The position numbers and the translations under genes are program-made. A DNA stretch of 64,000 nt from Octopus sinensis. Its lineage: Eukaryota. Below, piece by piece: positions 61,960 to 64,000 of the stretch (the first letter of the stretch is position 1; each line of letters begins with the position of its first letter). Below the pieces are notes generated by a model, which saw nothing but the letters and a program-made list of their open reading frames with translations, had not been told where the DNA came from and ran no database searches. The DNA lies in NCBI RefSeq assembly GCF_006345805.1, contig NC_042997.1, positions 194,866,001-194,930,000 on the forward strand. Direction: 5' to 3'.

Positions 61960-62760
61960 ACAGTATTATTATTAATAGGCGCTCAGGAGATGGAAGCAGG
62001 GAGGTATGACGTTTCGAGCGGAGCTCTTCGTCGGAAACATAAAGAAGGAAGAGGAGAGGAAAGAAAGATCCCAGAGCGGGCAACAGGGAAAGAGAAAAAA
62101 GACGACTGGTGTTTACGAGTTGCACATGGTGAAAGGCGGATGTTGACGATAACAAAGCAAAGTGGGTTTTTAAAGGCAAAAGAGTGGAGACAAGGTTGGT
62201 AACCCAACAGATGTGTGTGTATGTGTGAGTGTGTGCATGTGCGTGTGTGTATGTGTGTGTGTGAGGCGAGATGAAAAAACAAAAAAATATATGTGTGTGT
62301 TAGTGTGTGCGTCTGTGTGTAGGCGTGTGAGGTAGGGCGAGACTAGTGGTCAGCTAGCAGACAGTAGTAAGAAAAAGAAGGAAGGAGGAAGGGAGGTCAG
62401 TAGTAAGAAAAAGAAGGAAGGAGGAAGGGAGGGAGGGGAAGGGGTGGGGGCGTATGTAGCGTGCCAGCGTGTGTTGAGTAGTAGTGTGTGTGTGTGTCCA
62501 GTGTCGTGGTGGTATTAATGAGTAGATTGAATGTGTGTAAGAGTGATGTATATATATAGGCAAGGTGTGTATATGTGTGCGCGTGTGTGTAACGAAAAAG
62601 GGGGGGGGTTAAGGAAAAAGGACTCCAGCTGAGGGGAAGATGGAAGAGTGGTACCGCGGAGACAGGTGTGGGAAAACCCAACGACACGCGACGGTCCCAG
62701 GAACGGGCGGGAGGTCTCGTCAGGTCCAAGGGCGAGGTGTATGCGACGCGTATGCAACGC
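61960..62760 (-). mobile_element. Probable Penelope-like element 3' remnant
   Basis: Hammerhead motif with flanks homologous to 12630-12810; pyrimidine/CA-rich body and GC-rich distal end; no clear ORF. Confidence 0.5.
62004..62038 (-). ncRNA. Hammerhead motif with U4-to-C change, sense to the ValRS intron
   Basis: GTTT-CCGACGA-A-GAGC(TCC)GCTC-GAAA-CG-T-C-ATAC. Confidence 0.5.
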
Positions 62761-63101
62761 AATAATTATTTGAGGGAATATTAACGTATATAATTGTTAT
62801 TCTACCAATTATATACGTTTTTATTATTTTTTTTGCAATTTACTTAATTATTGATATTTTATTGCTATTTTAATTTTAATATTTCTATTATATGTAATTT
62901 TGTAGATGGTGTAATTTAATTGTTCATTTTGAATTGATAAAAGGTGGCTTTTTCTAATTTTTATATATATATATATATTACAGATATAGGGTGAAATATA
63001 ATTAATTTAATAAAATCAACAAATTTCACCTAGTAGTATTTCGGTATGGAAAAGGACCATATTTGGTAAAAATTTATATAATTATAAAAACCCTTATTAT
63101 G

Positions 63102-63170
<69 letters not shown>

Positions 63171-64000
63171 TTTGTGTATATATGTATACAGTGTGCATAG
63201 GTACAAGCGAGAAGTCCGAAACAGTATTGAATGCCAAAAAAGCAAGAGTTAACCATGGTTAATACAGAAAGCATCTCATTCTTGGATATATGAATTTGAC
63301 ATTCTTGATCATCAGACTGGATGTGAAGTGTAGAACAGGTAATCTGTTGTTCAGAATAGGTGGGAGAAAGGGAGGACTGTAACCTTTGACCTGAGTCTTG
63401 ACCTAAATATTCACAACAGAGTGAACTCCATTAAAAGCAACCAAAGGCCAAGTTGTGATGTTTAACCCTTCAGCATTTAAACTGGTCATATCCAGCCTCT
63501 CACACATACTCTACAATATCATTCTAAGCATAAAAACAACCACTGTCCAGGGACCACCGTGACAAAAAATAGATCTAACATTTCTCCTGTGTGTTGTAAG
63601 ATTGTTGTTTCGATTCCTGGACCAGGTAGTGCATTGTGTTCTTGAGCAAAACACTTCATTTCACATTGCTCAACTGGTAAAAATGGGTAATCCTGCGACA
63701 AGCCAGCATCCTATCCATGGAGGAATATATATGCCAGAGAATTGGCCCTCATCTCCTTATGCAGTTATGTGGAATAACCAGGGCATTACTGGTATCTTTG
63801 TCATCAAAGAAAGGTAAAGTTGCCCTTGGCAGGATTTGAACTCAGAACATAAGAGAAGCAACTAAATATTGAAAGATGTGATCCCCATTAACAAAAGCTG
63901 TGCCTGATGGTCACAAACATTTAACAAACAATTACAGTTACTCTTTTACTTGTTTCAGTCATTTGACTGAGGCCATGCTGGAGCACCGCATTTAGTTGAG

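Noticed and set aside
62990-63350. Further upstream ValRS exon
   Set aside because: No frame encodes the expected sequence preceding DWCISRQ; the exon probably lies beyond the window

Overview
Eukaryotic, AT-rich, repeat-dense genomic DNA, most likely from a coleoid cephalopod (Octopus). The organism is inferred from the tRNA-derived SINE and RTE families and the microsatellite load; no database search was run. One gene is firmly identified: the 3' 13 exons of a valyl-tRNA synthetase on the minus strand (61783 to 44749, about 546 aa, KMSKS motif, all splice phases consistent), resembling mitochondrial VARS2. Its 5' exons lie beyond the window. Two unidentified spliced gene candidates are present: a plus-strand 3' end at 305-2880 and a weaker minus-strand chain at 36202-30574. 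The rest is mobile DNA: at least four tRNA-SINE families, RTE LINE fragments and 3' tails, Tc1/mariner and Helitron relics, and several MITE families (GGATC ends with 8-bp TSD, piggyBac-like TTAA, pogo-like TA). The most notable unannotated signal is a set of minimal type I hammerhead-ribozyme motifs of the kind carried by Penelope-like retroelement termini. Seven motifs from five sequence families cluster in 2.7 kb at 11.4-14.1 kb, and three more lie in VARS2 introns. Almost all ORFs in the supplied track are microsatellite or SINE artefacts. Repeat boundaries were read by eye and are approximate unless a TSD is given.
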